Positions 1 to 13,098 of a stretch of 64,000 bases of DNA are shown one piece after another (positions within the stretch are counted from its first letter, which is position 1; each line of letters begins with the position of its first letter). The stretch is from Dicyema japonicum (lineage: Eukaryota; Animalia; Dicyemida). Location: positions 1,987,485 to 2,051,484 of the forward strand of contig RDEW01000001.1 of NCBI GenBank assembly GCA_011109175.1. The letters are read 5' to 3'. The notes beneath the pieces were generated by a model that did not search any database, was not told where the DNA came from, and worked only from the letters and a program-made list of their open reading frames with translations. Made by a program: the position numbers and the translations under genes.

Positions 1-754
1 TTCACACAAGCAAAATATATTCAAAACAATGAAAATAACCTTATAGAAGCCTTCCTTGGACACTACACAGGACAACACACCTGAAAATTGATGTCGTTAC
101 ACACATTTGTTGCATGCAATTTCGACTTAGTTTCATGATGGATAAGCCTTGTTTTCATTTTTCTCCAAACTATGGACGAGGTGACGACTAAAGACAGTGA
201 GGAAAGGTCTAGTTCTCAACAAAAGAAGTGTCTAATGTACATTCTATTGGAATTTGATTCTCTTCCAGTCCAAAATTGACAAATTAAATTGGGGATCATC
301 TGTAATGAGCAGATAGTTAATATGATTCTATATGTTTGCCAATAATTTCAACTGAATGCTTGAACGTAAAATACAGTGTATGAAGATAATCAAGAAGTTT
401 CAGTTCATTTAATGTGCTCCGAAGTCGAAGTTAATCCATTTTGAGTTAAACATGTATATATTTCAGATTGTCATCGTTGGATGGAGTTTGGTGACCTTTG
501 ATATTATAATTGCCACGGGATCACTGCTTCGAAGATGTTATTTTCTGATTAGCTAATAACTTTATTTGTAGAGTGTAGTTATGATACGTGCAGAATACAA
601 AGAAAATTTTCTCCCCTTTCTTGTATCTCATTGGTTGTCTCTGCGTTTGCCTCAACAAGCAATCATTTGACTAAAAATTCTTAAAGATCAATCTAATTAT
701 GAAGTGAATAGTATAAAATGATATCTACGCAAACATTCGATCATTACTTTACCC

Positions 755-1760
755 ATGTCTAAACGAATGAAATACTCTGCAGAAGTTCAAACTGCAAGTT
801 TGAACTTTTGCCGAAGAAACTAACAACTGTGCTGCCTCAAGAAAGTATGGCGTAAATGAGAAACTAGTAAGAGAATGGAAACGCAATGCAACACAGCTAA
901 CAGTAATGCCAAGAAACAAACGTGCTTATAGATGGAAAATCTTCCAGATTCACTGTTTTTGTTTCCTGCTAAGATGACGGTACAAAGCAGAAGCCGACGG
1001 TCGTTTTTAAGAGAAAAACTCTGCCGAAAGTACAGTTCCCTTCTGGTGTAGTAATTTACAATCATCCAAAAGGATGGATGGATGAAGAGGGAATCAAGAT
1101 CTGGATAGAAAAAGTATGGAACTCTCGACCTGGAGGATTGTTAAAAAAAAGTCTTTTCCTATGGGATTATTTCAAAGCCCATCTAGTGGACTCCGTCAAA
1201 AGAAAACTTAAATGCAACAACACTGTTGTCGCCGTTATTCTTGGTGGACTAACAAGTGATGTGCAGCCACTTGATGTTTTTTTCAACAAACTGTTCAAAG
1301 ACAGATTGAGAGAAAATTGGAGTAATTGGATGATAGAAAGAGAGAAGCAGTTTACTAAAGGAGGAGCTGGGAAAGCACCCTCGTTAGAAATAATAACAGG
1401 ATGGATTAAACAGTCGTGGGGTGATGTGTCGCTGTCTACTGTGGAACGCTCCTTAAAACATGCTGAATTTCCAACGCTCACGATGGGACAGAAGACGACC
1501 TTATTCGGGAAGAGGAGGAAACTGAGGATAAAGTAGACGAAGAAGATGCCCATATAACGACAGACTAAACGAAAATGAATGTAACGAGCTTTTTGGAAAT
1601 AGTGACGATGAAGACGGAATTTGAACTTTATGTAAGCATTTTATAATTCTAATTTATTGTTTCTTAACTAAAAATAAATCACTTTCTAAGAGTGTTCATT
1701 GTTGTTAGTCTCTCTCGGCGCGTAATATGACAGGGCTACAAAGTAAGTAGTATTCAAAAT
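755..1760 (+). mobile_element. Decayed, internally deleted pogo/Tigger-like DNA transposon
   Basis: ATG at 755 opens MSKRMKYSA..., which after a frameshift reads ETNNCAASRKYGVNEKLVREWKRN (Brinker-type HTH). It joins directly to the DDE_1 region KPTVVFKRKTLPK...GWMDEEG...WDYFKAH...GGLTSDVQPLDV.FNK (ORF 1078-1536). The CENP-B HTH is missing. The 3' non-coding part (1667-1750) matches 25620-25705. Confidence 0.88.
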
Positions 1761-1819
1761 GGCGTATACAAAGGATATATCATAAAATCGTAAATTTCCG
1801 TCGAAAAAACTTAATTGAC

Positions 1820-2760
1820 CTCAAATTGAAGACTTCAGATCTGGATCCCCAAATCTGCCAATATATCTGTCTCGAACTGTCTATGTTAATGCATTGAAAG
1901 GAAGTATATTAGGACGACTCTAAGCATAGGGTACGATTTTTTCCTCCGATTAACACTATGCATATCCGATAGAAAAGAGAAAGTAAAGAAATCACTTACG
2001 TCATTAGTAAAAAAGGTCCAGAGATTTTTCTTAAGGAACCTATTGGTAGACTCCGAAATGTTCACCGACAAATCACAAAACCATGCGAAGACGACACCGA
2101 CAATCTCGGACACTTAGAAATTGTGAGGTGCGATTCATCGAACGCTTTCTGAATGTGAAATCCCTTCTGTCGTGAAGATCCTGCAGATCAACATCGTATA
2201 ATTGAGCCGGCTGAAATTTTTTTCTCCATGATCTTGATTTTGTATTCAATTAGGGTAAGATTCTTTTCAATCACATTTCTTTGATTTCTTGAATTCAAAC
2301 GAGCATAAAACATCTTGAGTATTCTCATTTTCTTCCTTTGACTGATTCTTGGTCAACTCATAAAGGAACAAATTTTTTTAAATTTGGCAATTCTCCTCTC
2401 CATGTTATCTTTCAAAAGCATTTTATTAGTTGCTTCATTGTCTCATTCTCTTCTTTGTCAAATTCTGGTTTTCAAATAAAGAGTACACTTTTATGAGTGG
2501 ATAAACGAGTATTGAATTGCTCGGGGATAATAATCAATCAGCTCCGAGGCGTTCTCCCAAATCTACTTTTCGCAGAATTGAGAACCATTGAGATTCACTT
2601 GATCCTATCACAAGATCGAATCTCAGTGATTAATGCTGAGACAGAAAATGTGCAGTAGCATTTCCTACAGGAGATCTTTTGCTAGTTCCATTGACATCTT
2701 GTAGTCCTGAAGACACACTTTTAATTGTTTTCTATATACAATTTTCTCTGTAAGACGGCC
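1820..2760 (-). repeat. Unclassified decayed repeat, homologous to 19053-19760 (inverted)
   Basis: The reverse complement of 1820-2510 aligns with 19053-19760 (e.g. ACTCATAAAAGTGTACTC, ATGAGTTGACCAAGAATCAGTCAAAG, CTAAGTGTCCGAGATTG), with many indels. No protein family recognised. Confidence 0.75.
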
Positions 2761-2974
2761 CTCAAGATTTGTTAGCAAACTGGCAAAAAAAGAAATACAC
2801 ACAACCATTGGTACACAATTAAATCAAAAATTTATAAATAATTATATTTTTGAATTATTCAGATTAAAGTATAATTTACTCATCAAGTGACATATAAACC
2901 CCAAGGATCCAAAAAGAAATTGGAATTTTCAAGGATTTTACTCACTCTCCAGTGATCCCACTTATCTTTAGAGC

Positions 2975-3420
2975 TTTTATGCAAACAATTTGTTCTACCT
3001 AGTATCGAGTACGCCAGTGCTGCATGGATTGCTTCCTTTTCAATATTGTCACAGAGCATACATGAGGTTTTTGCAAAATCGATTTCTCAGATTACTAGGG
3101 AAATCGTCGAAAAAGACATCCACTTCGTTACTATCGAGTAAACTAAACGTCCTTCAATCATGGAGTACCTTACAGAAGAAACGTCACCGGGATTTCCTCA
3201 AGATAGTACAGTCCTCAAACAATCCCCTTTGGTCAGACATAAAATTATATATAGACCCTTGCTCGAAATGTTAGAAAATACCTGTGAAGATCAATCCAGG
3301 ACTCCAAAACTAACTGAGGGAAAAGAACTGGTATGGTCACTGGGATCACTTAATTAAACGATAACTTTATCCTTATTCTCGTAATTTTGTTGATAATAAA
3401 ATAAAATAATAATAACTGCC
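2975..3420 (+). mobile_element. 3' end of a Jockey/I-like LINE (post-RT region and tail)
   Basis: Frameshifted reading VLPSIEYASAAW...LQNRFLRLL...TSTSLL, typical of the LINE region after the RT. Ends GGGATCACTTAA and is followed by an AT-rich (TAA/AAATA) tail. Homologous to 11900-12340 (-). Confidence 0.75.
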
Positions 3421-3639
3421 TTTTCACGAAAACCATCATATTTATAGCTTTGCATTGGCAGGACACACACTTTATATAAATAAAGAACAGTTAAATTTAA
3501 CTAATCTTAAAACAAAAAAATGATCTTCATTCATTACATGTAACACAAAGCTGATCAACAACACAGGCATACATAGCTTGTATAGTCACTCAATAAAGAA
3601 AGAATGATCAACTAAATCATAAACCTCTTAACATCGACT

Positions 3640-3930
3640 CACAAAAGTAAGTTTCCATGAGACACAGAAAGGCACTAGTTGATCAAAACCTGCTTTTTTC
3701 GGAGAGAATTCCATTGACCTCTAAAATGCTCCTGACCTACCTTGGTCATCAGCTTTACGGTAGTCCATATCGTCGCAGAAATTAGTCTCATCCCAACCGT
3801 CGATAGGTCTTGTTCAAGATAGTCGGAAGTGTTGTTCTTGGTCTTCCGGGAAATTAGTCTCCTTTGTGTGCGAAGTAGTTGACCATTACGAAATTTGAAG
3901 GACTGGTCATTGGGACGTCTTAATTAAAAA
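3640..3930 (+). mobile_element. Probable further LINE 3'-end fragment
   Basis: Ends in ACTGGTCATTGGGACGTCTTAATTAAA, closely resembling the terminus at 3330-3357. The upstream part is degenerate. Confidence 0.4.
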
Positions 3931-4552
3931 TATCATCTGACCTCACGTCGATTTTGATTTATTATGAAGGTTTACATCAAAGATCTTCATAGTCAGGTTC
4001 TATCCTTTTCTTGTGGCTAGGTCGCATATCAGTTGGTGGTTCTTGTGAGGTTGTTTAAGTCTTCTGCAATTGAAAGTTCCGAAAAAATACGAATAAGACA
4101 TAGTTCAATAGAGATATCGTCACCACTTCAACCAATTCAGCACAATACTTCTAAATAATTTCAACTTCTTAAAAATAAATTTTAAGGTTTGCAGCTGGAA
4201 ATCTTATTTACGCCAAGTGTGCAGCATGAAAAAGTCTACTAAGCCTATATTATTAGCAGCTCTATCAAGCTACTAAATAACCATTCGTTTCATTTGAAAT
4301 ATTTTCTTAAAAATAGTAGGTTAAAAGAGAATAACGTCCTATGAAATTTATAAGGTCTAATTTTAATTTTGTATATTAATGTAAAAAAATTTTATGAAAT
4401 CGAATCAAGTAAGGGAACAGGAATCAAGTAAAGAAAATATCTGGCCGTGGACCACGATAATTGATTAATCTCAGTTGCCATCATGAGAATTGATAAGTGA
4501 TTATTTAAGTAAATTAAACCATTAACCCAATTTAACCGAAAGAGAATCATAA

Positions 4553-5870
4553 TTAGCTTAACTTAAGGAATGGCTCAGTGAAGAGTGATTCATTACGGGA
4601 TTTCATTTTGATATAAATATTGGCAATGATTGCAGTAAGTATTATAAATAGAATCAATGACAACAGTAGTCCGACAACTCCACATACGATTCCAATTATT
4701 TGATGTTTCGTCAGTTTTTTTACAAATGTACTTTCAGAAGATATTAATTCTTCAAAACTTATTTCATCTAAAATTTAGTCGGTTTTATTACGATGTTTAA
4801 ATATGGTTTTTTTATCTTTAATTTCATTCGATGTTGGTTCTTCAAAACATCCTTCATCTAAAATTCAGACGGATTTATTTACCATCTCCAATAAATTCAA
4901 AACTCAGATCATTGCGGAAAAATTGTAATTTAAGAGATGAAATTTCGATACTCACATTTTTATAGTTTTGTGAGATGAATCCACATTGATAATATCCTCC
5001 CATTTTAATTTGTTTAAATTGCTTTTCAAGTAGAACACATTTATATCTTTTATGTCCAACACAAACATAAAAATTATAAATAACATATTTTCCATCATTT
5101 ATTTTATCCGCCGTAATAAATATTTTTGATTTTACACCATTCAATATATATTTATGTTTTCTATAAACACTTGTTAACATATTATAGTGATAATCACTGA
5201 AATGCTCTTCTGTTATCTAAGAATCAATGCAAACGTGTACAATTCTGTTATTTTCAATATATGATATTTTGATATTTCCACTTATTACTGCTCGGATTCT
5301 ATTTTTGTTAAATAAAAACCAAATCGACGTATTTGGGTCATTTTTTGGGTTACAGTCATTAGCTAAATAAATTTTAATAAAAACCTTTTCCAGTAAAATA
5401 ATACAAACCACAATGATCAAGATTTTGCAACTTGGTTGAATAAATTGTGATAGATAAATTATTCGAAAAACTAATATGAGTATAACCACATCGATAGTAA
5501 TCTCCATATCTAGTTTTGGGAATCTTTGTAATATTTGTATAACGTTTACCACCTTAGTTTAACAAAAAGCGTACCATAATCAATTTTTGTTATAAAGTCA
5601 ATAGTATAAAACTCACTGTAATAATGTGGAATAAGTTTAAAACTTATATTATATTGAAAGAAACTATACGTTCCATAAGTTTTCCTGGAATCTATATCTG
5701 TATTCAATTCAAAAAAACTTAACCGATATGCCTAAAGTTAATGAAATATATACTTTAGAAGGATTCTTATAAATTACATATGAATCAAATAATAAATAAT
5801 TCCGATCGGATTTTATTTTGACGATTTTGCTTAACAGAATAAATATGATAAAATTTATAGTTCTGTTCAT
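4553..5870 (-). CDS. Type I membrane glycoprotein with two tandem LAMP-like luminal domains (392 aa, 7 exons)
   Basis: Exons 5870-5754, 5731-5575, 5552-5385, 5362-5241, 5216-4883, 4857-4792, 4767-4553. Six GT-AG introns of 22, 22, 22, 24, 25 and 24 nt give one stop-free 1179-nt frame. Signal peptide MNRTINFIIFILLSKIVKIKS. Two repeats ending G-x-Y-Y-x-C...K-L-Q...F...C (YGDYYRCGYTHISFSNNLSITIYSTKLQ...ANDC; MGGYYQCGFISQNYKNVSIEISSLKLQFF...DEGC), like LAMP GxSYxC...QxF...C. TM helix IIGIVCGVVGLLLSLILFIILTAIIA, then a short tail. The gene model is strong; the LAMP label is motif-based. Confidence 0.85.
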
Positions 5871-6039
5871 GTAATCTAAATTTTATTAGGTCAATTTTTA
5901 TTTTATTTAAATTTTTAACATGATTTTTTATTATTTTTATTTAATATCTATAATAAATATAGTCAGACGTTTACAAAAACTGACTAAACACGATTTGAAC
6001 GACCCAAATCAAGATTTACGAACTCTGTAGACATACAAA

Positions 6040-6260
6040 AAAACTCGGCTCAGTAAATGACGCTGAGGATATTAGTCCAAGGAAAATCTTGGCCACTATA
6101 TACTTCAAAAAATGTACAATATCTGGATAAGAAAGAGTAATGTATCACTGAAACTTTCTTGTAAAACTATACGACACGCTTATTATGTATTTATGCACTT
6201 CACGAAAGCCATACTAATTATATCCCCGCATGTTCAGCAAAAGAAACAAGGTTAGATGTC
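6040..6260 (+). mobile_element. Small RT C-terminal fragment of the RTE-like LINE family
   Basis: Reads KLGS.NDAED...RKILA...MYNIWI...LYDTLI, matching KLGSLLGDSEDILRRKTLAN at 6588-7271. Confidence 0.55.
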
Positions 6261-6366
6261 ATCCTTCTCCATGCTCACCTGTTCCTAGCCAAGGCTCGCA
6301 TGATGTCCAGATCGTCGGCATTTATTACATTTTTTTGATATTGACCAGGTCTTATTGTAAGACTAT

Positions 6367-9240
6367 TTACAGTATTGTTCTTGGTCTTCCACGATAGCGG
6401 CTTTGTTGACTAACATAGTATGTTTCCATCGATATGTTAGGTGGGGATGTTAATTCAATCCTCAGCACGTGTCCGAAGAGCTTCCATCGGGATTCCAGTA
6501 CTTCTAAGTTGATAGGTCTAGTGCTGCATCTCTTATATAAAGCATTCCTCAATATTCTCGTAGGCCAAATAGTTCCTGTTATTTTTCTCAGCTGACCTCG
6601 TGGAACGAGTCGAGTTTTTCCATATCCGCTGATGAGGTCGCATAAGTTCCAGCTTTATATAAAAGTACGGGTTTTATGAATGAGTCGTATAATAAAATTC
6701 TCATTTTCGTGTCGATGCCTTTTTGATTGAGCCATTGATTCTTAAGTTTATATAACACAGCATTGGCTAGAGTTTTCCTACGTAAAATATCTTCGCTATC
6801 TCCCAAAAGTGAACCGAGTTTCTTTACTTGTCGCCACTTCTTTTCTAGGACGTTGCTCATCCTTCTTATCTCTGTGATTTCTGTTTTCTCTCTGTTCACA
6901 GTAGAAACCATTTCCCTAGTACATCTAGTGCTTTTTCTAATAGGTTTTCCAGGACCTCTGTCTTCAGAAATTAGGTCTAAATCGTCTGCGTAGATTACTT
7001 CTTCCGTCTTTCCTTTGTATAGCGCTCTAAGTTCCCTCATAGCGGCTTCCAAATAAATTGTGTTTAGTAGAGGAAAAAAAAGTCTTCCTGTAAAGTGCCC
7101 GTGTTTGTTTCTTTTTTCTTCAATAGGTCTTTCGACTCTCACAAAGAGCTCAGTGTTAGAAAGTAGAATTCGAGTCATCCTTATACTCGACTCATCAAGA
7201 AATCCGCTCAGTACCCCCATTAATTTGTTCCTATTAACTGTATCAAAAGCACTTGATAGGTCAATTCCCACGATATTGGTGGCGTTACGGAATCTTTGAT
7301 ATGTTGCACACCTCCATCTGTGACTCCAGACCGCATCAGCTGTATATCTCCCTTCTCGAAAACCACTTTGACTATTTGGTAGGTATTTGTAAGCAGATCC
7401 TTTTATTCGTTAAAGCACAATGTTTGCCAAGACTTTGCGTAATGAATTTAGTAGTATGATGGGTCGCAAATTTTCGAGCTGTCCTCTGTTTTTGTTGGTT
7501 TTTTGTATGGGGATTAGTTGTTCCGTACCCAGAGGTGGAGTTAAGTTAGTTGAAAACATTTCAATTAGTAGAGAAGCGATTTTTTAAAAAAGGGGGTCAG
7601 GGCCGTATTTCAGTAATTCTGGGTTTATTACATCTGGTCCGGGGGTTCTGTTATTCTTGAGTTTTCGGTAGGCCGTTTTAATTTCCTCGGCCGTAATTGG
7701 TATTTCCAGGGGTCTTGGTCTTCCATCAAATGGGTGGATTTATATGGTTTCGATGTTGAAAAGCTTCTCAAAGTGAGCCGCGATGGCTTCATTTTGTTCT
7801 TTGGTGTTCAGTATCAGCTTACCGTTCTCGTCTTTTATGGGTAGTCTACTTCGGTTTGTTCGCCGCAGCAAACGGGCAGCGACGTACACCTGTGCGTTGT
7901 CTTTCACTTTGTTCACTTCTTCTATACAGGAAGCTATTTCTTCTATAAAAAGCTTCTTGTTCAGACCCTTTATTTTTCTTCTGGCACGTTGCATTTGCTT
8001 TGAAGGGCTTTTATCTTATTATTGTCAGTGGCATTTGATTTTTTCATATTTATTTCTTTTAGACTTTTCGTAAGCTAAGGAACATCTGGATGAATTTTCT
8101 TCAGGTGCATTTTACTATTTTCTCTTTTGCCAAAACATGCTTCAGCAGCTTCGTTGATGGTGTCCTTTGTGCATTTCCAGGCGTCTTTTAACGTGGTATC
8201 CACCAATATGTCCTACATATGAGTCTGAATGTATTGTTGATATCTCTCAGTATTCTCCGGTTGGGAAATCAGCCTTTCAGTCGCGTAGTCGCCTCTGATT
8301 TTCTCAAATTCGTGATTTTTGAAATTCATGTATTTGCTGGCATGTTTATTCAGGGTAAAGGTTGCAATAACCATCTTGTGGTCGCTGACAGTCGTCGAGC
8401 CTTCATATGAATGAGCGTTTACTAGAAAGTGTTTGTCTTTAGCCCGGCAAATGACATAATCTATTCGGTTGTGTATTGGGACCAGCTTTCCCTCTGAGTT
8501 CCTTCTCTTCCTCATCCACGTAGTTTTGTGGATGGATGCGTAAATGCAGTATTGCATAGGAAAAGGTTGTTTGTATACAAAAGTGACCAAGTATTGTCGC
8601 GGATAGGTTTCTTATTCCACGTCCATCTTCTCCCAAGAAAACATCATCCGGGTTATTCTTCATCCCGATTTTTGTATTCAAATCCCCAGCAATGAGTATT
8701 AGTGATGACGAATCATATTCGTTGTACGTCCGTAACAGTGTTGAATAGAAGTCGTCAAGTTCTGTCGGATCTTTTGCTACTCTCCAGCAGTGTGGTGCAT
8801 AAACATTTACAATTGTCAGAAAGCACTTCGAAAGAGGTAAGTCGTTTAGTCGGATTTGTATAACACAGATCCTGTCATTCACACTCCATATACGGTGGAC
8901 TACACTTGTCAACTTTGAGTGGATGACAAATTCATAATGTTTTAAGTCGCTCGACTGACATATAATTCGATATTCGCCATAGTTATCATCAAGGCTACAA
9001 GTAACTTTCGTCTCTTGTAGGCACCCAATAGATGCGTCGTATCTCTCCAGGTCGTCACAGAGAATCTTCACCACTTCACCAAAAAACACGTTTATAGAGC
9101 CAATACTAATATACAATTCCGGAACACGGGGAACCTCAAAAACGATTTAGAGAGGCTATATACTTGCCACAGAAGCCAACTGCGTATACTGACTGGAACC
9201 TTCTGTCCGAGAAAAATCTCAAACAAGTAACAATCTGCTC
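6367..9240 (-). mobile_element. Near full-length decayed RTE-like non-LTR retrotransposon (APE + RT)
   Basis: APE motifs GSINV, GCLQET, NVYAP, AGDLN, HNRIDY, SDHKMV (9116-8213). RT motifs GIDLSSAFD, YADDLD, RWKLFGHVLR, YRGRPRT (7994-6367). Many stops and frameshifts. Same family as 44850-47856. Confidence 0.92.
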
Positions 9241-9329
9241 CATGTAAATCTATTCCAATTATCATATACGTCATTCTATTGAGATAACAACTATTTCGAC
9301 ATTTTTTTGTCTGGACCCGACTACGACGT

Positions 9330-9530
9330 GTAACAGGATAATGGAAGAATATTTATACTGCGCCGGAAGTAACGGATTTCGAGGCAGACCCAGAAATACA
9401 CTACCAATTTGCTTAAAAGATGATTACGAAACAATCGGTCTTAACTTGGTAACAGCATACAACCTGGATGACGTTCTAATGATTACCAGAAACAAGATGG
9501 TGTGGCGATGATGGCTGTATAGCATGGTTT
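9330..9530 (+). mobile_element. C-terminal fragment of the RTE-like LINE family
   Basis: MEEYLYCAGSNGFRGRPRNTLPICLKDD matches AMEDYFDRCEKPFRGRPRSTLPTALNKD at 47269-47811. Confidence 0.7.
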
Positions 9531-11049
9531 AATCGAAACCCTTTAAGGGTTACGAAAAGTAGCTTTTCACTAACTAATGAAACTAAAAATGTCTGCATGA
9601 CTAATTTCTCTCCTGAACTATTTAGCCATAACTTGACACGAGGCGCCATGTTCTGTTATTGCTAATTAGTTTAAAATTTCTTTTTTTCCATCTATTGGCG
9701 TCATTGGATCCTCCTTATTCAGTAATGCCCAATTCCTTGATGGGATTTTAAAAGGTCAAACTATTCATTCAACAAGCAGACAATTTCGTTCTATGCTAAC
9801 GCTTTCTGGAATCATTCTCAGCTACCCGGAAAAAGTCTTTTGGATCAATGGTGTTATCAAACTAACAATTCCTTGATCCTTATGCTTTCTACAAATCTTT
9901 CACACTAGAATAGTGATTTGTGAATCTTTGTCTCGGTGTTAAGATAGATTCCAGAAATAGCTCTAGGGATTTATTCGAAGTGCTTATCCAGTTTTGTAAG
10001 TTTGGCTACAATATGAGGATTCCAATTTCTCTTTTTCTCATAAACCCATTTGTCAACCATAAACAATTGTATTTTTTGGATATAATTTAGGATTTGTATT
10101 TTTTGGTGAAACGCTTGAAGGCCTTTGGTGAAACTAATCGTATTTTTTGGATATAATTTAGGATTTTCCCTATTTATCTCTTGGCTATATTTCTCTTCCA
10201 GCCTTTTGTAATTCAAATTGTTATGTTGTCTGCATCATGTCAGGATTATTTTGGTTATATTATTTTTCCATGCTATTTGTATCCAAAATTGTTAGGTATC
10301 AATAATCTATTTATTTTATGGTTCAAAAATTGAAAATAATGGATTTATATTATTTAGTTGCTGCCCTCACTGCGTGGCTGTTCCTTCTCAGAATTGAGAG
10401 CTGCATCATATCAAGAATATTTTGGATATATTTCTTTTCCGGGCTATCTGTATCCCAAATTGTTATGTTGTCTGCAACATGTCAACATTATTTGTAAGAA
10501 TCAAATAATATATATAATTTGAAGAAAATAAACATACATTTCTTCTTCATCTCTAATGTATCTTCTTTATATTCTTTGTTAATTTTTCACTTTCTATTGA
10601 GGCCAGTTTGACCATTGATTATATGTCATAATCCATTCCATCATTTTCTTCAAGCGTTCTGTTTATTTCTGTGTAGATTCTTGATTGACCTTCCAATAAA
10701 TTTGGTTCCCTTTATTAGTATTTGATGTGGTTCTTCTAATTTATATTATTCAGATTCCAAATAATTTTTAGTATTTTGACTGTTAACGCTAAACCCGTAC
10801 TCATCAATATTTTTCTTAATGACTGATTCGAGTAATCTATAAATGATTACTAATTATAATTCACCCTTTTGTCATTTGAATTCTCTCTTTTGTTAATATA
10901 ATTTTTTATTCCACATACTTTTTCTTTAAAATTTAATTTTTCAAATAATTGTATGCTTCATTTATAGTAAAACGCAAAAAATAGAAAAAAGAAGTGAAGA
11001 GCATTTCTTTGTTCTCCCATTCTAAGATTAGTTATCATAACTTTTTTAC

Positions 11050-11500
11050 TTAAGCGGAGTCGGCCAATTCTAAATATAAATCTGATAAATCTGAGTAGAA
11101 GTCATCAAATAGAGCCGGATCTTTGTTAATCCACCAACTGTGAGGTGCGTATACATTGATAATGGAGACAATGTCAGTGCTTGCTTTGGCATTCATAAAC
11201 TTCATTTGTTGAACTCCGATGCGGTCATTAACTGCACATACTCTGTAGATATGGGGGAGAAATTCCAGTTTGATGGCAAAACCCAGTCCATAGTGCCTGT
11301 TGACAGTCGGAAGAAAGATCAATTTGAATTTACCACATGTTTCTTCATGGTTATCTTGGATTTTGGTTTCCTGTAGGCAACCAATTGCGACATCGTAATT
11401 ATGTAGGTCTTGACAGAGGGAGGTCCTTTTCCAAGAAGTGGTTAGGTCTCGGACATTGAATGAGAGCAGCGAGAATTTCTCCAAAAGATAAGGTTCGTAC
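11050..11500 (-). mobile_element. APE endonuclease fragment of the RTE-like LINE family
   Basis: LLSFNVRDL, GCLQETKI, HYGLGF, INVYAPHS, FDDFYSDL; homologous to 8439-9116 and 44880-45330. Confidence 0.88.
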
Positions 11501-11899
11501 TTTTCAGTGATGTTAATACTTTATTAGAGCAACGTCACCAGCACAACCAAAAATTTAATTTAAGATTAATATTTAATTCAAAAATATATAAAGTTGATAA
11601 ATTAATAGTTTTATATTAAAATAATTAATTCCTATCTATGATTTTCATTCAGTTCAATAATTTTTTGTGATCGAATCAGCATCTTATTAAAAATTGTTAA
11701 TCTGACCCCTAACATTCGGAAAACTACCAAATGCTCCGTCTGATGAAGTCTGTTCATTCGAGATACTCAAATTATTACGTTCTTACTCATCGTATGGTTA
11801 AGTAGACTAAATTCCTTTTAAATACTCCAAGGTTCAAATTAGAGTTATTATTCAATCACATTTATAAGTATAAGCAGTATTTATTTTCCGCTTTTCGTT

Positions 11900-12340
11900 C
11901 AATTTATTAATTTATTTTATTAACCCCGAAATTACGGAAAGAGGATAAAGTTATCGTCTAATTAAGTAATCTCGATGTTCATACCAGTCCTTTTCTCGCA
12001 GTTAGTTTAGGAGTCCTAGATTAATCTCCACAGTGGGAAAGGTTTCTTTTGATATCTTGGGCAGGCGTCCATATATAGTCTGATGTGCGATCTGAGGGGA
12101 TAGTTTTTGCCATTTTGAGGAAGTCCCGGCGACGTTCCTTAAGGTATTTCATGATTGGGGGACGATTAGTGTTCTCCGCAGTAACGAGGTAGACGTCTTT
12201 TTCGACTATTTCAATAGAATCCTGAGACATCGATTTTGTAAAACCTTCAGTTTGCTCTGAGCTTATATTGATAAAAGAGCAATCCATGCAGCACAGGCGT
12301 ACTCGATACTAGGTAGAACACATTGTTTGTATAATTCTTT
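11900..12340 (-). mobile_element. 3' end of a Jockey/I-like LINE
   Basis: Reverse complement shares TTCTACCTAGTATCGAGTACGCC.GTGCTGCATGGATTGC with 2993-3037 and ends GAGATTACTTAATTAGACGATAACTTTATCC, as at 3342-3372. Confidence 0.75.
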
Positions 12341-12816
12341 TTTTGCTGAGGTAAAAGTCATTTCATGTGACATTTCTGATGATACATTCAGTCGATTCTT
12401 CAGGAAACAAAGACCCATCAGGTTTAGTAGATTTTGCACGGACCTTGTCGCCTCACTTGATTCTTCGCTTTTCGTTTAAAATAAAAATGAGTAAATTTTT
12501 AAATATTTATTTTATATTTTTAAATTTTTTTAAATTGCTATTATAATTGAAAAAAATGTAAATAGTAAACTGAACCAAGAAAACGAATTAGGATACTTTA
12601 AGCTTATGCAATATACAACTTTCATGTTGTTTTGTCTAAATAACATAATTACAGTAAAACACGATTCAGTATTATCTTCGCAATTATTTTTAGTAGTCTG
12701 TTACTTAATGTAGAAGTTTTACTATGCGTCGTAGGCTCTAGTCCATAGGACTAGATGAAATGTATCTCCACGCTTACCATAAAAAAAAACTTTTCTGCGT
12801 TTATCAGACGTGAGTA

Positions 12817-13098
12817 CTGAAAATCTCATTTCCGTTAAAACAGTAGATAACCATAATTAAAAACATCACCGTCACTCAAACTCAGTGAATGAAGTTGTCT
12901 TCCTCGTTGTTGGGCCGCTTTTAGTTGAACAAGTAGTTGTACCGATAGTTGACGAAGCTGAAAATCTCATTTCCGTTAAAACAGTAGATAACCATAATTA
13001 AAAACATCACCGTCACTCAAACTCAGTGAATGAAGTTGTCTTCCTCGTTGTTGGGCCGCTTTTAGTTGAACAAGTAGTTGTACCGATAGTTGACGAAG
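12817..13098. repeat. Tandem duplication, 141-bp unit x2
   Basis: 12817-12957 and 12958-13098 are essentially identical (CTGAAAATCTCATTTCC...GTTGACGAAG). Confidence 0.9.

Noticed and set aside
1996-2681. Long minus-strand frames interrupted only by TGA (possible TGA=Trp/Sec recoding or NUMT)
   Set aside because: Two different overlapping frames show the pattern (~165 and ~143 codons). The second copy at 19053-19760 has indels and TAA/TAG in them, some TGAs correspond to AGA or TTA, and no protein family or SECIS is recognisable. The true host genes use TGA as stop (PIP4K2, EVG1, SAS-6).
5217-5552. ORF-track proteins 5217-5552 and 18561-18851 as small membrane proteins
   Set aside because: They are mostly wrong-frame read-throughs of exon 3 of the spliced LAMP-like genes; only the part after intron 3 is the real frame.
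9970-10900. AT-rich minus-strand region with repeated ~70-nt modules (ADNITIWDTDSPEKKYIQNILDMMQ-like) and possible micro-introns
   Set aside because: I could not build a stop-free spliced model or recognise a family. It may be a decayed gene and needs RNA-seq.
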